DNA from: a virus
Lineage: Duplodnaviria; Heunggongvirae; Uroviricota; Caudoviricetes
IMG/VR virus record: IMGVR_UViG_2534681759_000011
Direction: 5' to 3' (one strand)
DNA: 37,514 nt
Position 1 is the stretch's first letter; each line of letters opens with the position of its first letter. The position numbers and the translations under genes were made by a program. The notes under the pieces were generated by a model. It ran no database searches. It was not told where the DNA came from and saw only the letters and a program-made list of their open reading frames with translations. Positions 11,621 through 20,504 of this stretch are shown piece by piece.

Positions 11621-11624
11621 ACCA

Positions 11625-11936
11625 ATGACGACACCAACCAGAAGAATAAGTTTCTATCTGAAGCCAGCTGCCGTCAAGAACGAAGGAGAAGCATGCGCAT
11701 GGCTGGACAGCCTTACACCAGAAGCCCGCAAAAGCGGCCAACGCGTGGCTTTTCTGGCCGGGCTGGCACTTCTGAAGACGAATCCGGCAGAGGCTTACCG
11801 ACTGGCCGCATGGGCTGATGATGAGATGTTACCTGTGACACAAATCAGCTCAAAAAAGTTTGAAGCACAGTCTGCACCAGTGGCTAAGATAACCAGCCAG
11901 ATGGCTGGGAATATCCGGGCGTTATTTCCTGGGTAA
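11625..11936 (+). CDS. parR: ParR-like centromere-binding adaptor protein (103 aa)
   Basis: Immediately downstream of parM; N-terminal RISFYLKP and AFLAGLALL segments resemble R1 ParR. Confidence 0.55.
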   Translation: MTTPTRRISFYLKPAAVKNEGEACAWLDSLTPEARKSGQRVAFLAGLALLKTNPAEAYRLAAWADDEMLPVTQISSKKFEAQSAPVAKITSQMAGNIRALFPG

Positions 11937-12198
11937 AAGCATCTGCGCGAAAAATGCTCACATTTATAGAAACAGTATCATTCCATTTGGCGCACTTACT
12001 TCAATAATCGATCTGTTAAACAAATAGATTGTCTATTATCTATCGATTAAAACGATCAATTATCTTGACAGTAATGTGCCTTTTTGTAAGATCGTTCGCA
12101 TTGTGAGCGACAAGATAATTGCGCGGCATTGTCCATGCAAAACGCCCCAATAGCAGCAACTATTGGGGCGTAGAACTCGGTCGGACTCACTTAACCTG

Positions 12199-12284
12199 AT
12201 ATGCGTGCCTTCCGAAGTAAATCAAAATGTGCGTCGTATATTTTATTGCTTACACGCACCTCTGTAAAGGCACGCATATTTTTC
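12199..12284 (+). other. Structured leader ending in a T-run directly upstream of the 12301 ORF (attenuator-like or small RNA 3' end)
   Basis: ATATGCGTGCCTT (12199-12212) pairs with AAGGCACGCATAT (12266-12278) followed by TTTTT; inner hairpin GTGCGT…ACGCAC; an 11-bp perfect hairpin CGCCCCAATAG/CTATTGGGGCG lies at about 12139-12166; candidate sigma70 promoter TTGACA at about 12066. Confidence 0.3.
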
Positions 12285-12300
12285 CTATGAGGTAAATAAA

Positions 12301-12570
12301 GTGCGGGCTAAAACAGGTATTTGCAAGAACCCTCATCGTTATAACCCAACATTTCTGTCTCTCCCTGAATATCAAGGACAAGAAGGTCGGCACAAATGCG
12401 CTGCCTGTGCTTTTGAGCTAGGCATAAAAGATGCGCTTGAAGGACGCGCTATGGCTCAGAATGATTTAGTTTTAGCTAACATTCCGTTTAGCCAGGCTGG
12501 AACTGTAAGGCACAGAGATGCTTATGAAGCATATGTTCGTGGTTGGCGATTAATACACAGCAACAATTGA
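12301..12570 (+). CDS. Small Cys/His-rich protein of unknown function (89 aa)
   Basis: GTG start with RBS GAGG at 12289; pattern C-x4-H…H-x-C-x2-C suggests metal binding; followed by a strong terminator. Confidence 0.45.
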   Translation: MRAKTGICKNPHRYNPTFLSLPEYQGQEGRHKCAACAFELGIKDALEGRAMAQNDLVLANIPFSQAGTVRHRDAYEAYVRGWRLIHSNN

Positions 12571-12577
12571 TATTTTT

Positions 12578-12603
12578 GAAGCGCCGATAAGGCGCTTTTT
12601 TTG
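12578..12603 (+). terminator. Rho-independent terminator
   Basis: Hairpin AAGCGCC-GATA-AGGCGCTT followed by a T-run. Confidence 0.6.
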
Positions 12604-12727
12604 TTTGCACGATAGTGCACAAGTTTGCACAATTTTTTTGAACGACTTTTTGTACTTCCGGCCCGCGTGGCGGCTGGATCCGTCAAGGATCCGTACGTGC
12701 ACAAAAAACGCGTTTTTTCTACGCGCA

Positions 12728-12746
12728 GGTGACGGGGGAACAGCCC
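12728..12746. other. Candidate cos (cohesive end) core sequence, P2/186-like
   Basis: GGTGACGGGGGAACAGCCC matches the remembered P2 cohesive end GGCGAGGCGGGGAAAGCAC at 13 of 19 positions; lies in the noncoding stretch where cos is expected; flanked by repeated GCCCGCGT and TGCAC motifs. Confidence 0.25.
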
Positions 12747-13004
12747 GCGTTTCAGGGGGTAAATAGCATTCCCTGAACGATGTCGCAGAGACACAACAGA
12801 ATGGCCATATTTCTCACGCTGAGCATGAAAAAGGCGTGAGGGCTTTTGATTTGATGGGGTGAAAGGTAAGGCCGTCAAAATCGCACTGAGGCAGCGAGAA
12901 CATACAGTCAACGTGGTGGGATTGCGTAAGAGTCTGACCGTCGATGGTGGCGATAAACTGGAAGGCGTCGTGAAATTATCTGATTGATACAGGAGCTGGA
13001 GAGT

Positions 13005-13029
13005 CGGGGCATAAATTTTTTATGCCCCG
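13005..13029. other. Stable hairpin in the packaging region
   Basis: Stem CGGGGCAT/ATGCCCCG with a 9-nt loop; no T-run on either side. Confidence 0.3.
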
Positions 13030-13130
13030 GCGAAGCAGCAGACAAGCGAAGCGCGTCAGCGATACGGCACCTTGCCGACCATACTTCGTAAGTGCAAAAT
13101 ACGAGCAAAGAAATCAATGGAGGCTGTCTT

Positions 13131-13655
13131 ATGGTCATTAATTACAAGCAGTTAAGAGAAAAACGGGAGCAGGTAAAGGAGAGCTTTCGCCGCAATGAAG
13201 ATCTGACCCCGCTTGTACGCCTTGCCCAGGGCATTGTTGATGCTTATGAAATCTCGCTGGAGCTGCCATCACAGACCTGGACAGATAGCGACGGTAATCG
13301 CCAGCATTACGTTTCATGCGGACTGGAAGCAGCCGAAGGATTTCGCAGAATGCCTTTATCTCAGATCCCTGCCGCTACCCCCAAAGCAAGGGGCGGCAAT
13401 GATGAGCGAAAACTGATTTTCAGCATTGAGACAGTGGTTGACGACACACCTGGCGAAGTCGCCTTCGTGCATACTCCTCTTTCGATCGCAATGTATAACG
13501 ATGAAATACAGGTTCGCGTTAATAATAATATCGTGCCACTTAAAGAAGGTAATTCACCCTACACCACCGTTTGTGAAGCCATTCAATATTACGTTTTCTC
13601 TGAAATTGATAATCTCAAGCCTGACGGCACCCAGAAAATGGTTCAGCTCTGGTAA
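13131..13655 (+). CDS. Uncharacterised protein (174 aa) between the putative cos region and the portal gene
   Basis: ATG at 13131 with RBS GGAGG at 13119-13123; AT-rich compared with neighbouring structural genes; convergent with portal gene; no recognisable motif. Confidence 0.5.
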   Translation: MVINYKQLREKREQVKESFRRNEDLTPLVRLAQGIVDAYEISLELPSQTWTDSDGNRQHYVSCGLEAAEGFRRMPLSQIPAATPKARGGNDERKLIFSIETVVDDTPGEVAFVHTPLSIAMYNDEIQVRVNNNIVPLKEGNSPYTTVCEAIQYYVFSEIDNLKPDGTQKMVQLW

Positions 13656-13660
13656 AAAGG

Positions 13661-13686
13661 ACAGCCCCATCACGGGGCTGTTTTTT
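13661..13686 (+). terminator. Rho-independent terminator overlapping the 3' end of the portal gene
   Basis: Hairpin ACAGCCCC-ATCA-GGGGCTGT followed by TTTTTT. Confidence 0.5.
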
Positions 13687-14716
13687 CATCAAGAAGAGCA
13701 TAAGAGTTAAAACGGATCACCTCTTCGCCAAGCCAGTCATTGATGTGCTTCATGGCCTCCATAACGGGCATCAGCTCGTTAATTGCGTAAACCCGCGCGG
13801 CCTTCTCCACATCACCAAACGCACTTTTTTCGCCCGGCATCGCCCCCATCAGTTGCGGCGGAACACGGTGCGCAGCCAGCACATCATCACGGGATGCCGC
13901 CTTAACATTCATGAACTCATCTTTTGCGGTGATCTGCTGGAACGGCAAAATTTGCACCCCCTCTTTGCCCCCGTTGGGCGCATGAATGAGCACGTTTTTA
14001 AATGCACCACCACCACGTGCACCCTGTAATGTTTCTTTCAGGGAGTCCATGCTTTCGCGGTTTACCTGCGCTGCACCGATGTAGATGATGCACCCGGCGT
14101 GGGATCCGTTGTCGTAATACAGTTTTCTGAACATGTCCGCCGAATGAGACAGGCTGGCCGAGAGTAATGCGCCGAGATATTCCGGCATGCCGTAGATTTC
14201 CTGGTTAATGTCAGGATTCATCAGGTGGCACACTTTGCCAGGGCGAAACTGAAACGCATCCTTGCCATCCTGCACATACCACCATGATTCAAGATCGCTT
14301 CCGCGTCGCATGTATTTCGCCAGGGCGTGCCGTAATTTAAGCGGTTCGCCGAGCATATTGCTTCGAAGCTCAAGGAATGCGTTACCGAACACAAACCAGT
14401 CCAGCGTCAGCGCCGAGAAATCCTGCCGGGAAAGCAGCGGGTGCGGGATGTAGCAACCGAGCAATACATTACGCTTAAAGTAAAGCGCAGACTGATGCCA
14501 GGACGTTTGCCGGGCAGCTCTTGCCAGACCGTACCAGTCCACCGGGGTTTCATACCACCGCCCGTTATCAGCACAGTACATATTGTCCAGCAGGTCATGC
14601 CCGGTCAGGCGATAAGGACCATCAAATGTGAATGCACTGAGCGATGATTCTTTCCTGAGCGCATCAGCGAGATCAATGCGTGAACTCATGCGCACTTTTT
14701 TATTTTTTCTGCTCAT
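13670..14716 (-). CDS. Q: Portal protein, P2 gpQ family (348 aa)
   Basis: Size, position next to the terminase gene and remembered gpQ similarity. Confidence 0.85.
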   Translation of the reverse strand: MSRKNKKVRMSSRIDLADALRKESSLSAFTFDGPYRLTGHDLLDNMYCADNGRWYETPVDWYGLARAARQTSWHQSALYFKRNVLLGCYIPHPLLSRQDFSALTLDWFVFGNAFLELRSNMLGEPLKLRHALAKYMRRGSDLESWWYVQDGKDAFQFRPGKVCHLMNPDINQEIYGMPEYLGALLSASLSHSADMFRKLYYDNGSHAGCIIYIGAAQVNRESMDSLKETLQGARGGGAFKNVLIHAPNGGKEGVQILPFQQITAKDEFMNVKAASRDDVLAAHRVPPQLMGAMPGEKSAFGDVEKAARVYAINELMPVMEAMKHINDWLGEEVIRFNSYALLDEKTAP

Positions 14717-16467
14717 CAGAACTCCATAACCGTAAAACGCTCGTTTTCTCCTTCGCCGCCAATTGGTTCGTTAATGACAGCAAGCATGGTTGCCCACGCA
14801 AGGTCGCCGTGGCTGATCCCCCTCGCACGGTCCGTTTCGTAAGTGATAAAGCCGCCCGGTGTTTTCACCTTACGCACGGCGTTAAAGGCCGCGACCAGCT
14901 CGCGTTCGGCGCGATCGTATTCCCACCGCCCGGCACGCATTATTTGCAGCATTTTCAGTACCAGCGACCGTTTTGATGACAGCGTGAAGGTGTACGGAAT
15001 AGCAGCAGGGAAAAACCGTTTCACTATCTGATAAACAGCCTCCCCGTTCCCGCCCGTCACATCAATGCCGATGTGTTCCACGTTGTAGCGACACGTGAAC
15101 TCTTCAATGACTCTGGCCTGTTCTTCAAACTCCAGCCCCTGAACGCGTCGCGTCTCCACCGTTCGAAAACGGCCACCAGGAACAGCCGGAGGAACCACCA
15201 CGGACACAGCGCCGCTGTCGCCGTTGCCACTGCTGCCGTTTGCGTCATACCCAATCCATACCGGACGATTCCCCATCGGGCGGGGAGCAAAAGGTTTCCA
15301 GTCTTTCCAGTCGTCGTATCCGTCAACACCGCAGCCAATCAGGATATTCAGGTTAAATGCCGATTCCCCTTCGCGGACAAACTCACACATATAGAGATTG
15401 CGGAACTCGTCTTCGGTGTTTTCATCACGAATTTCGTCAATATCGGTGTGTTTCCAGCCGTGATTAACCACATCTTCCAGCGTGACAATTTGCCGCCACG
15501 TCCGGTCAGGGCAGATAAGCCCGTTATGCAGCGTTTTCCAGTCCACAGAAAAACGCTGGCGTTTATGCGTGGCCTTTTTCTCGTTCCAGCGGTCGCCGTT
15601 CCAGTAGGCGTATGCCTCGTGCGTTTCGGTGGATGGCGTGGAGAAGTAGGTGCGCCGCAGTCCGCTGAGGGTTGCCATAGCGCCAGCCACCTTGCGCAGT
15701 TCAGCAAAGCGACTGACCCAGAAAAATTCATCAAAATAAAAATTGCCCGTATAGGACTGTGCCGACGCAGCAGAAGTGCCGAGAAAATGCAGCTCTGCGC
15801 CGTTGGAGAGGATGATTTTATCGCCCCCTTTCAGCTCCACATCAACTTCAGCCGCGGCCTTCTGAATAATGCTTTTGAACTGGAACGCCTGACGACGCGA
15901 CGCAGACAAAAAAATCTGGTTACGCTGGTAAGGTTGCGCCACATCGTCACGCAGCGCCATCAGCAGAGCTTCCTGTGCAAAATACCAGGTCGCCCCAATC
16001 TGTCGGGATTTCAGGATCATCCTGTTACGTATCCCGGCTTCCCTGCAAAGTGTCAGGGAGTCAAACCAGCCCCGCTGATGCCACTCCAGCCTGCTGATGA
16101 TTTTTTCCCGCAGTGCGGCAATCTGTTCCGGCGTGAAATGATTTTTGAGTTTTTTCGCCCGGCCTTTCTTTCCTGCGGCCATCACATCCGGCTGGCCATC
16201 ATGCAGCTTTTTAAGCTGCCGGGTCAGCAGGTCTATTTCCTTAAAGTCACCGCCTGTTTTATTCTGTTTTTCAGTAAGCTGGATGAGGCGCGCATCGATG
16301 GACTGCGTGACACGCTGCACGGGTGGCGTTTCATCCCACTGGTCGCGTTTTTTCCACGCATAAACCGTGTTCGGGTTTATTCCCATCAGACGTGATATTT
16401 CTGCGGGCGGATAACCCTGCCAGTAAAGTTGCCGCGCACGCTGGCGCACAAAAGCGTCCTGAATCAT
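14716..16467 (-). CDS. P: Terminase large (ATPase) subunit, P2 gpP family (583 aa)
   Basis: Size and remembered gpP similarity; divergent from the O-N-M-L capsid operon. Confidence 0.85.
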   Translation of the reverse strand: MIQDAFVRQRARQLYWQGYPPAEISRLMGINPNTVYAWKKRDQWDETPPVQRVTQSIDARLIQLTEKQNKTGGDFKEIDLLTRQLKKLHDGQPDVMAAGKKGRAKKLKNHFTPEQIAALREKIISRLEWHQRGWFDSLTLCREAGIRNRMILKSRQIGATWYFAQEALLMALRDDVAQPYQRNQIFLSASRRQAFQFKSIIQKAAAEVDVELKGGDKIILSNGAELHFLGTSAASAQSYTGNFYFDEFFWVSRFAELRKVAGAMATLSGLRRTYFSTPSTETHEAYAYWNGDRWNEKKATHKRQRFSVDWKTLHNGLICPDRTWRQIVTLEDVVNHGWKHTDIDEIRDENTEDEFRNLYMCEFVREGESAFNLNILIGCGVDGYDDWKDWKPFAPRPMGNRPVWIGYDANGSSGNGDSGAVSVVVPPAVPGGRFRTVETRRVQGLEFEEQARVIEEFTCRYNVEHIGIDVTGGNGEAVYQIVKRFFPAAIPYTFTLSSKRSLVLKMLQIMRAGRWEYDRAERELVAAFNAVRKVKTPGGFITYETDRARGISHGDLAWATMLAVINEPIGGEGENERFTVMEF

Positions 16468-16621
16468 TGCTCCCCCTGAGTAATTACAGGAAGATTACCC
16501 GCGCGCGAAACCGTTCTCCTTAACCCCCTGTTCTGGCCGTTTTCTTACAACAAAAGCCCTTTGTATCAGCCTGTTACGCTTTGCCATCATGACTGAAGAA
16601 CCAGTCAGAGGGGCAAAAACT

Positions 16622-17458
16622 ATGGCTAATGAAAAAAAGACATCCCGCAAAAAGTTTCGCGTGGCTGTCTCCGGATCAACTGTTGATGGCCGCGAAATCA
16701 GCCCGGTACATCTGCGTGAAGCCGCCGAGAACTTCAACCCGGATGTTTACGCTGCCCGCGTGAACGTTGAGCACTATCTCTCGCCATGCCCGTCAAGCGA
16801 ATTTTCCGCAATGGGCGATGTCACCGCGCTGAGTACGGAAGATATTACGGAAGGCCCGCTGGCCGGACGTACTGCGCTGTATGCAGAAATCGAACCGACC
16901 GAGCGCATGAAGCAGCTTGTCGCTGACGGCAAGAAAATCTATTCCAGTATCGAACTGCACCCGCAGTTCTCCGTTAACGGGCGCGCCTATCTGGTCGGGC
17001 TGGCGATGACCGACACCCCGGCAAGCCTGGGCACTGAGCGCCTGAAATTCACGGCACAGCAACGTCAGGCGGTGATGACGTTCAACAGTATCCAGGGTGA
17101 AGCACCGCTTATCTCCGAAGCCATCGAGTCTGAAATCATCGAAATGGCAGAACAACGCCAGGAAGAAGGCACCCAGTGGTTTAACCGCGTAATGGGGATT
17201 ATTGGTCGTGGCCGCAAAGCGGATGACGCCAGTTTTTCCCGTATTCAGGAAGCGGTGGAAGGCGTCGCAACGTCACAGGCCGACATTATCGACCGTTTTA
17301 ATGTGCTGGAAACCCGCCATCAGCAGGACCGCCAGAAAATCACGTCACTGACCACAGAGCTGACAGCACTGAAGGAAAAACTGCGCACGCAGGACGGCGA
17401 TCCGCAGAACCGGTTCACCGCAACGGGCGCAGCCTCCGACCAGCTGGCTGACTTCTGA
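16622..17458 (+). CDS. O: Capsid scaffolding protein, P2 gpO family
   Basis: Start chosen at ATG 16622 (MANEKKTSRKKFRVAVSG) behind GAGGGG; the annotated ORF begins 33 nt upstream. Confidence 0.8.
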   Translation: MANEKKTSRKKFRVAVSGSTVDGREISPVHLREAAENFNPDVYAARVNVEHYLSPCPSSEFSAMGDVTALSTEDITEGPLAGRTALYAEIEPTERMKQLVADGKKIYSSIELHPQFSVNGRAYLVGLAMTDTPASLGTERLKFTAQQRQAVMTFNSIQGEAPLISEAIESEIIEMAEQRQEEGTQWFNRVMGIIGRGRKADDASFSRIQEAVEGVATSQADIIDRFNVLETRHQQDRQKITSLTTELTALKEKLRTQDGDPQNRFTATGAASDQLADF

Positions 17459-17481
17459 TAAGACAAAGGAGCAAATTTTTT

Positions 17482-18534
17482 ATGAATCTGGTGATGTCAG
17501 ATATTACCCGCAACAAGCTGGGTTGCTATATGGCGCAGCAGGCGTCGCTTAACAATATCCCGGTTTCCGCACTGGTATCGCGATTTACCGTGGAACCCTC
17601 GGTACAGCAGCGTTTTGAAAACGCCTCAAAGGAAAGCACCGAATTTACAAAAAGAATTAACGTGATCGGCGTGACCGACCAGAAAGGCGAAAAAATCCTC
17701 CTGGATACCACCGGGCCGATTGCGCGCACGAATACCAGTTATGACGGCACAAAACGCCGTAACCCGAATAATGTGGTTGATCTGAAAAACCGCAAATACC
17801 AGTGCGAACAGGTGAACTACGACACGTTTATTTCATATCCGCAGCTTGATGCCTGGGCGGCACACCCTGATTTTCAGTCCCGCATCAGCGCACAGATTGC
17901 CCGACAGGTGGCACTTGACCGCATCATGATCGGTTTCAACGGCACGTCTCACGCGGATGAGTCCAACTTCAGCACCAACAAGTTGCTTCAGGACGTTAAC
18001 GTGGGGTGGCTGGAGCACATCAGAACCGACGCCAGCGAACGCGTTATGAATGACGTGACGCTGACCTCCCGTAACATGGACAACACCGTGGCGCACGCGG
18101 GTAAGTATGCGAACGCTGATGCACTGGTACAGGACGCGCGCTCATCCCTGCTGGATGAATGGCACAAGGAAGCTGACGACCTCGTGGTGATTATGGGGCG
18201 CAACCTGTTTAACTCGCTGCGTCTGCCCGTGCTGAACAGCATCAGCGGCCAGAATCCTAATGCGGAATTACTCGCCGGGCAGCTCATTCTGTCATCGCGC
18301 ACCATTGGCGGGCTGGGCGTGTTCCTTGCGCCGTTCTTCCCGGATTCAACGATGCTGATCACCTCGTTCAACAACCTGTCGATTTACTGGCAGAAAGGTT
18401 CAATGCGTCGTCTGATGAAAGACGAACCGGAATACAACCGCATCGCCACCTACCAGTCCATCAATGACGCTTATGTCGTTGAAGACTATGGCAAGTGCGC
18501 GATGGTCACTGGCCTGAAGTTCGCCGACAGCTAA
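17482..18534 (+). CDS. N: Major capsid protein, P2 gpN family (350 aa)
   Basis: Remembered gpN similarity (FTVEPSVQQ…, IMIGFNGT…, DYVVEDYG…). Confidence 0.9.
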   Translation: MNLVMSDITRNKLGCYMAQQASLNNIPVSALVSRFTVEPSVQQRFENASKESTEFTKRINVIGVTDQKGEKILLDTTGPIARTNTSYDGTKRRNPNNVVDLKNRKYQCEQVNYDTFISYPQLDAWAAHPDFQSRISAQIARQVALDRIMIGFNGTSHADESNFSTNKLLQDVNVGWLEHIRTDASERVMNDVTLTSRNMDNTVAHAGKYANADALVQDARSSLLDEWHKEADDLVVIMGRNLFNSLRLPVLNSISGQNPNAELLAGQLILSSRTIGGLGVFLAPFFPDSTMLITSFNNLSIYWQKGSMRRLMKDEPEYNRIATYQSINDAYVVEDYGKCAMVTGLKFADS

Positions 18535-18579
18535 TCAACTCACGGCGGGCATCATGCCCGCCTGTAACGGAGAGAAAAA

Positions 18580-19380
18580 ATGATTACTCCTGCACAGCAA
18601 CACTGGCAGAACGTGATGGCACAGCGCGCAGGCCGGGCGAATGAAGGCGTGGACCATGCCGCGCGTACCGCGCATGAAGAGGTGCTGTATCGTCTGCGTC
18701 TGGCACAAGCCCGGCTTAAGGGCGTACAGGCCAGAAGCGCGAAAGCCGCCATCAAAAAAGAGTTGTTGCCGGATTTTTCCGGCTGGATTGAGGGAACGCT
18801 GGAGGCTGACGGCGGGCAGCAGGATGAAGTGATTGCCACGCTGATGGTGTGGGCGATTGACTGTGGCGATCTTCCGCTTGCGCTGCGTATCGGCGCGTAT
18901 GTGGTCCATCACAACCTCATCATGCCGGATAACTTTGGCCGTACTGCTGCCACGGTACTGACCGAAGAAATCTGTAATCCGGTACTGACGCAGGCCGGGA
19001 CGGATGCCGACGCGGATTTGTCCGCCTTTATCGAACCACTGGACACCCTCCGGGAGATTGTCACCGACCAGGACATGCCGGACGAAGTGCGCGCCAAATT
19101 ATGCAAAGCGTGCGCCTTTGCCCGCCGTGGCCTGACCGATGCGGACAGCATGGCCTCATCACTGAAGCTGCTGCGCGAAGCGATGCACCTGAACCCGAAC
19201 GCAGGTGTGAAACGCGAGATTGCAACCCTTTCCCGCGCCCTGAAAAAAGCCGATTCCGCAGCCGCACCAGAAGATGCCAGCACACCGCAGGCGCAGGACG
19301 AAAGCAGCAAAAGTAAAAAGACAACGCGGAAGCCTGCAACACGAAAAACCACCGCGACGCAGAAGGCGAAGCGCGGTTAA
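18580..19380 (+). CDS. M: Terminase small (endonuclease) subunit, P2 gpM family (266 aa)
   Basis: Position after N and remembered gpM similarity; basic C-terminal tail. Confidence 0.8.
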   Translation: MITPAQQHWQNVMAQRAGRANEGVDHAARTAHEEVLYRLRLAQARLKGVQARSAKAAIKKELLPDFSGWIEGTLEADGGQQDEVIATLMVWAIDCGDLPLALRIGAYVVHHNLIMPDNFGRTAATVLTEEICNPVLTQAGTDADADLSAFIEPLDTLREIVTDQDMPDEVRAKLCKACAFARRGLTDADSMASSLKLLREAMHLNPNAGVKREIATLSRALKKADSAAAPEDASTPQAQDESSKSKKTTRKPATRKTTATQKAKRG

Positions 19381-19483
19381 CGACTGACCCCGTCAGCGGG
19401 CGGCGTGCGCGGTGTTCCGGTTTGACTCCGTGACCGTTTACACCGCGCACCCACCGCCCGATTTTTTTCAGGAGTGAACCCCC

Positions 19484-19978
19484 ATGAGTATGGTTGCCAG
19501 AACTGAACCAAGACCCGCAGAGGACGACATCACCGATACCGATGATGGTGATACCCGTATTTCAGCGGGTGCATTCTGGCCGGATATTGTGCTGCGTGAG
19601 CTGCGTCTGGCGATACGACTGCCGGGCCGTGTGACCACCTCCCGCCTGCTGCATACCGCCACCGGGGCAGTGGCACACGTTACCCGCGAGCTGGAAGCGT
19701 GGCAGCAGGAACAGCAGGCGGCTGGCCATCTGACGCTGGCCGATGTTCCGGCATCCGTAATTAACGGAGAAAGCGTCAATCTCTGGCACTGGCGCAATGC
19801 TGTTTATACCGCCACACGCGCCCTGATTCTGGAGCGTTACCGCGATGCGGACACAACGGACAAGGGCGACCGCAGGGCGGACGCACTGGATATACAGACA
19901 TCGGATTTGTGGCGTGATGTGAGCTGGGCCATCTCTGACATTCTGTGCCGCCCGCGAATCTTTGCGGAGTTGTGCTGA
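19484..19978 (+). CDS. L: Head completion/stabilisation protein, P2 gpL family (164 aa)
   Basis: Position and size; stop overlaps the X start (TGATG). Confidence 0.8.
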   Translation: MSMVARTEPRPAEDDITDTDDGDTRISAGAFWPDIVLRELRLAIRLPGRVTTSRLLHTATGAVAHVTRELEAWQQEQQAAGHLTLADVPASVINGESVNLWHWRNAVYTATRALILERYRDADTTDKGDRRADALDIQTSDLWRDVSWAISDILCRPRIFAELC

Positions 19979-20178
19979 TGAAAGTAAAGGCACTGGAAGG
20001 CGACACCGTGGATTCGCTCTGTTTCCGGTACTACGGCACGACGCAGGGCGTCACCGAAAAGGTGCTGGATGCCAACCCCGGACTCTGTCAGCAGGTATTT
20101 CTGGACGCCGGGCAGGAAGTGGAGATGCCGGAGCCGGAGAAGAAGAAACGAGAAATGATTCAGTTGTGGGGGGAGTAG
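19978..20178 (+). CDS. X: Tail protein X, P2 gpX family (66 aa)
   Basis: MKVKALEGDTVDSLCFRYYG… typical of gpX; annotated ORF starts 33 nt upstream in frame. Confidence 0.75.
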   Translation: MKVKALEGDTVDSLCFRYYGTTQGVTEKVLDANPGLCQQVFLDAGQEVEMPEPEKKKREMIQLWGE

Positions 20179-20180
20179 CA

Positions 20181-20504
20181 GTGAGCACCATTCAAACAGG
20201 GATCACAGAGCAGGTTATTGCGTGGCTCTTTGACCACCTGCCAACGGTGTATGCAGTAGGCGCGGCGGTCAGCATTTCCGCGCTGATGAGTCTTTATGAC
20301 GGACGAACACTGGTTCAGACCGTAACGGGATCGCTGGCGTGCGGCGTTCTTGCCATGGCCGTGGCCGGGTCGTTGCGCTTCTTCGGGTTTCCTGAAGATG
20401 CCGTGACGTTTATCGGCGCATCAATCGGTTTTATGGGTGCAGAGAAAGCACGCGACAAGGTTATTGCGGCCTTTAATCGCAGGGTGAAGGAGAAAGACGA
20501 ATGA
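20181..20504 (+). CDS. Y: Holin (107 aa, GTG start)
   Basis: GTG at 20181 behind GGGGAG; three hydrophobic segments; position as P2 gpY; the longer annotated ORF from 19962 overlaps L and X. Confidence 0.65.
   Translation: MSTIQTGITEQVIAWLFDHLPTVYAVGAAVSISALMSLYDGRTLVQTVTGSLACGVLAMAVAGSLRFFGFPEDAVTFIGASIGFMGAEKARDKVIAAFNRRVKEKDE

Noticed and set aside
12604-13130. Retron msr-msd-like noncoding RNA, or a decayed gene (minus-strand ORFs 12522-12911 and 12908-13138; a 42-codon plus-strand ORF near 12860)
   Set aside because: No reverse transcriptase gene nearby; the minus-strand ORFs have junk-like composition and the small plus-strand ORF lacks a convincing RBS; a cos/packaging region is the more economical explanation.
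15057-16395. 440-aa plus-strand ORF and smaller ORFs opposite the terminase gene
   Set aside because: Antisense to a conserved terminase large subunit gene; no start context; composition atypical.
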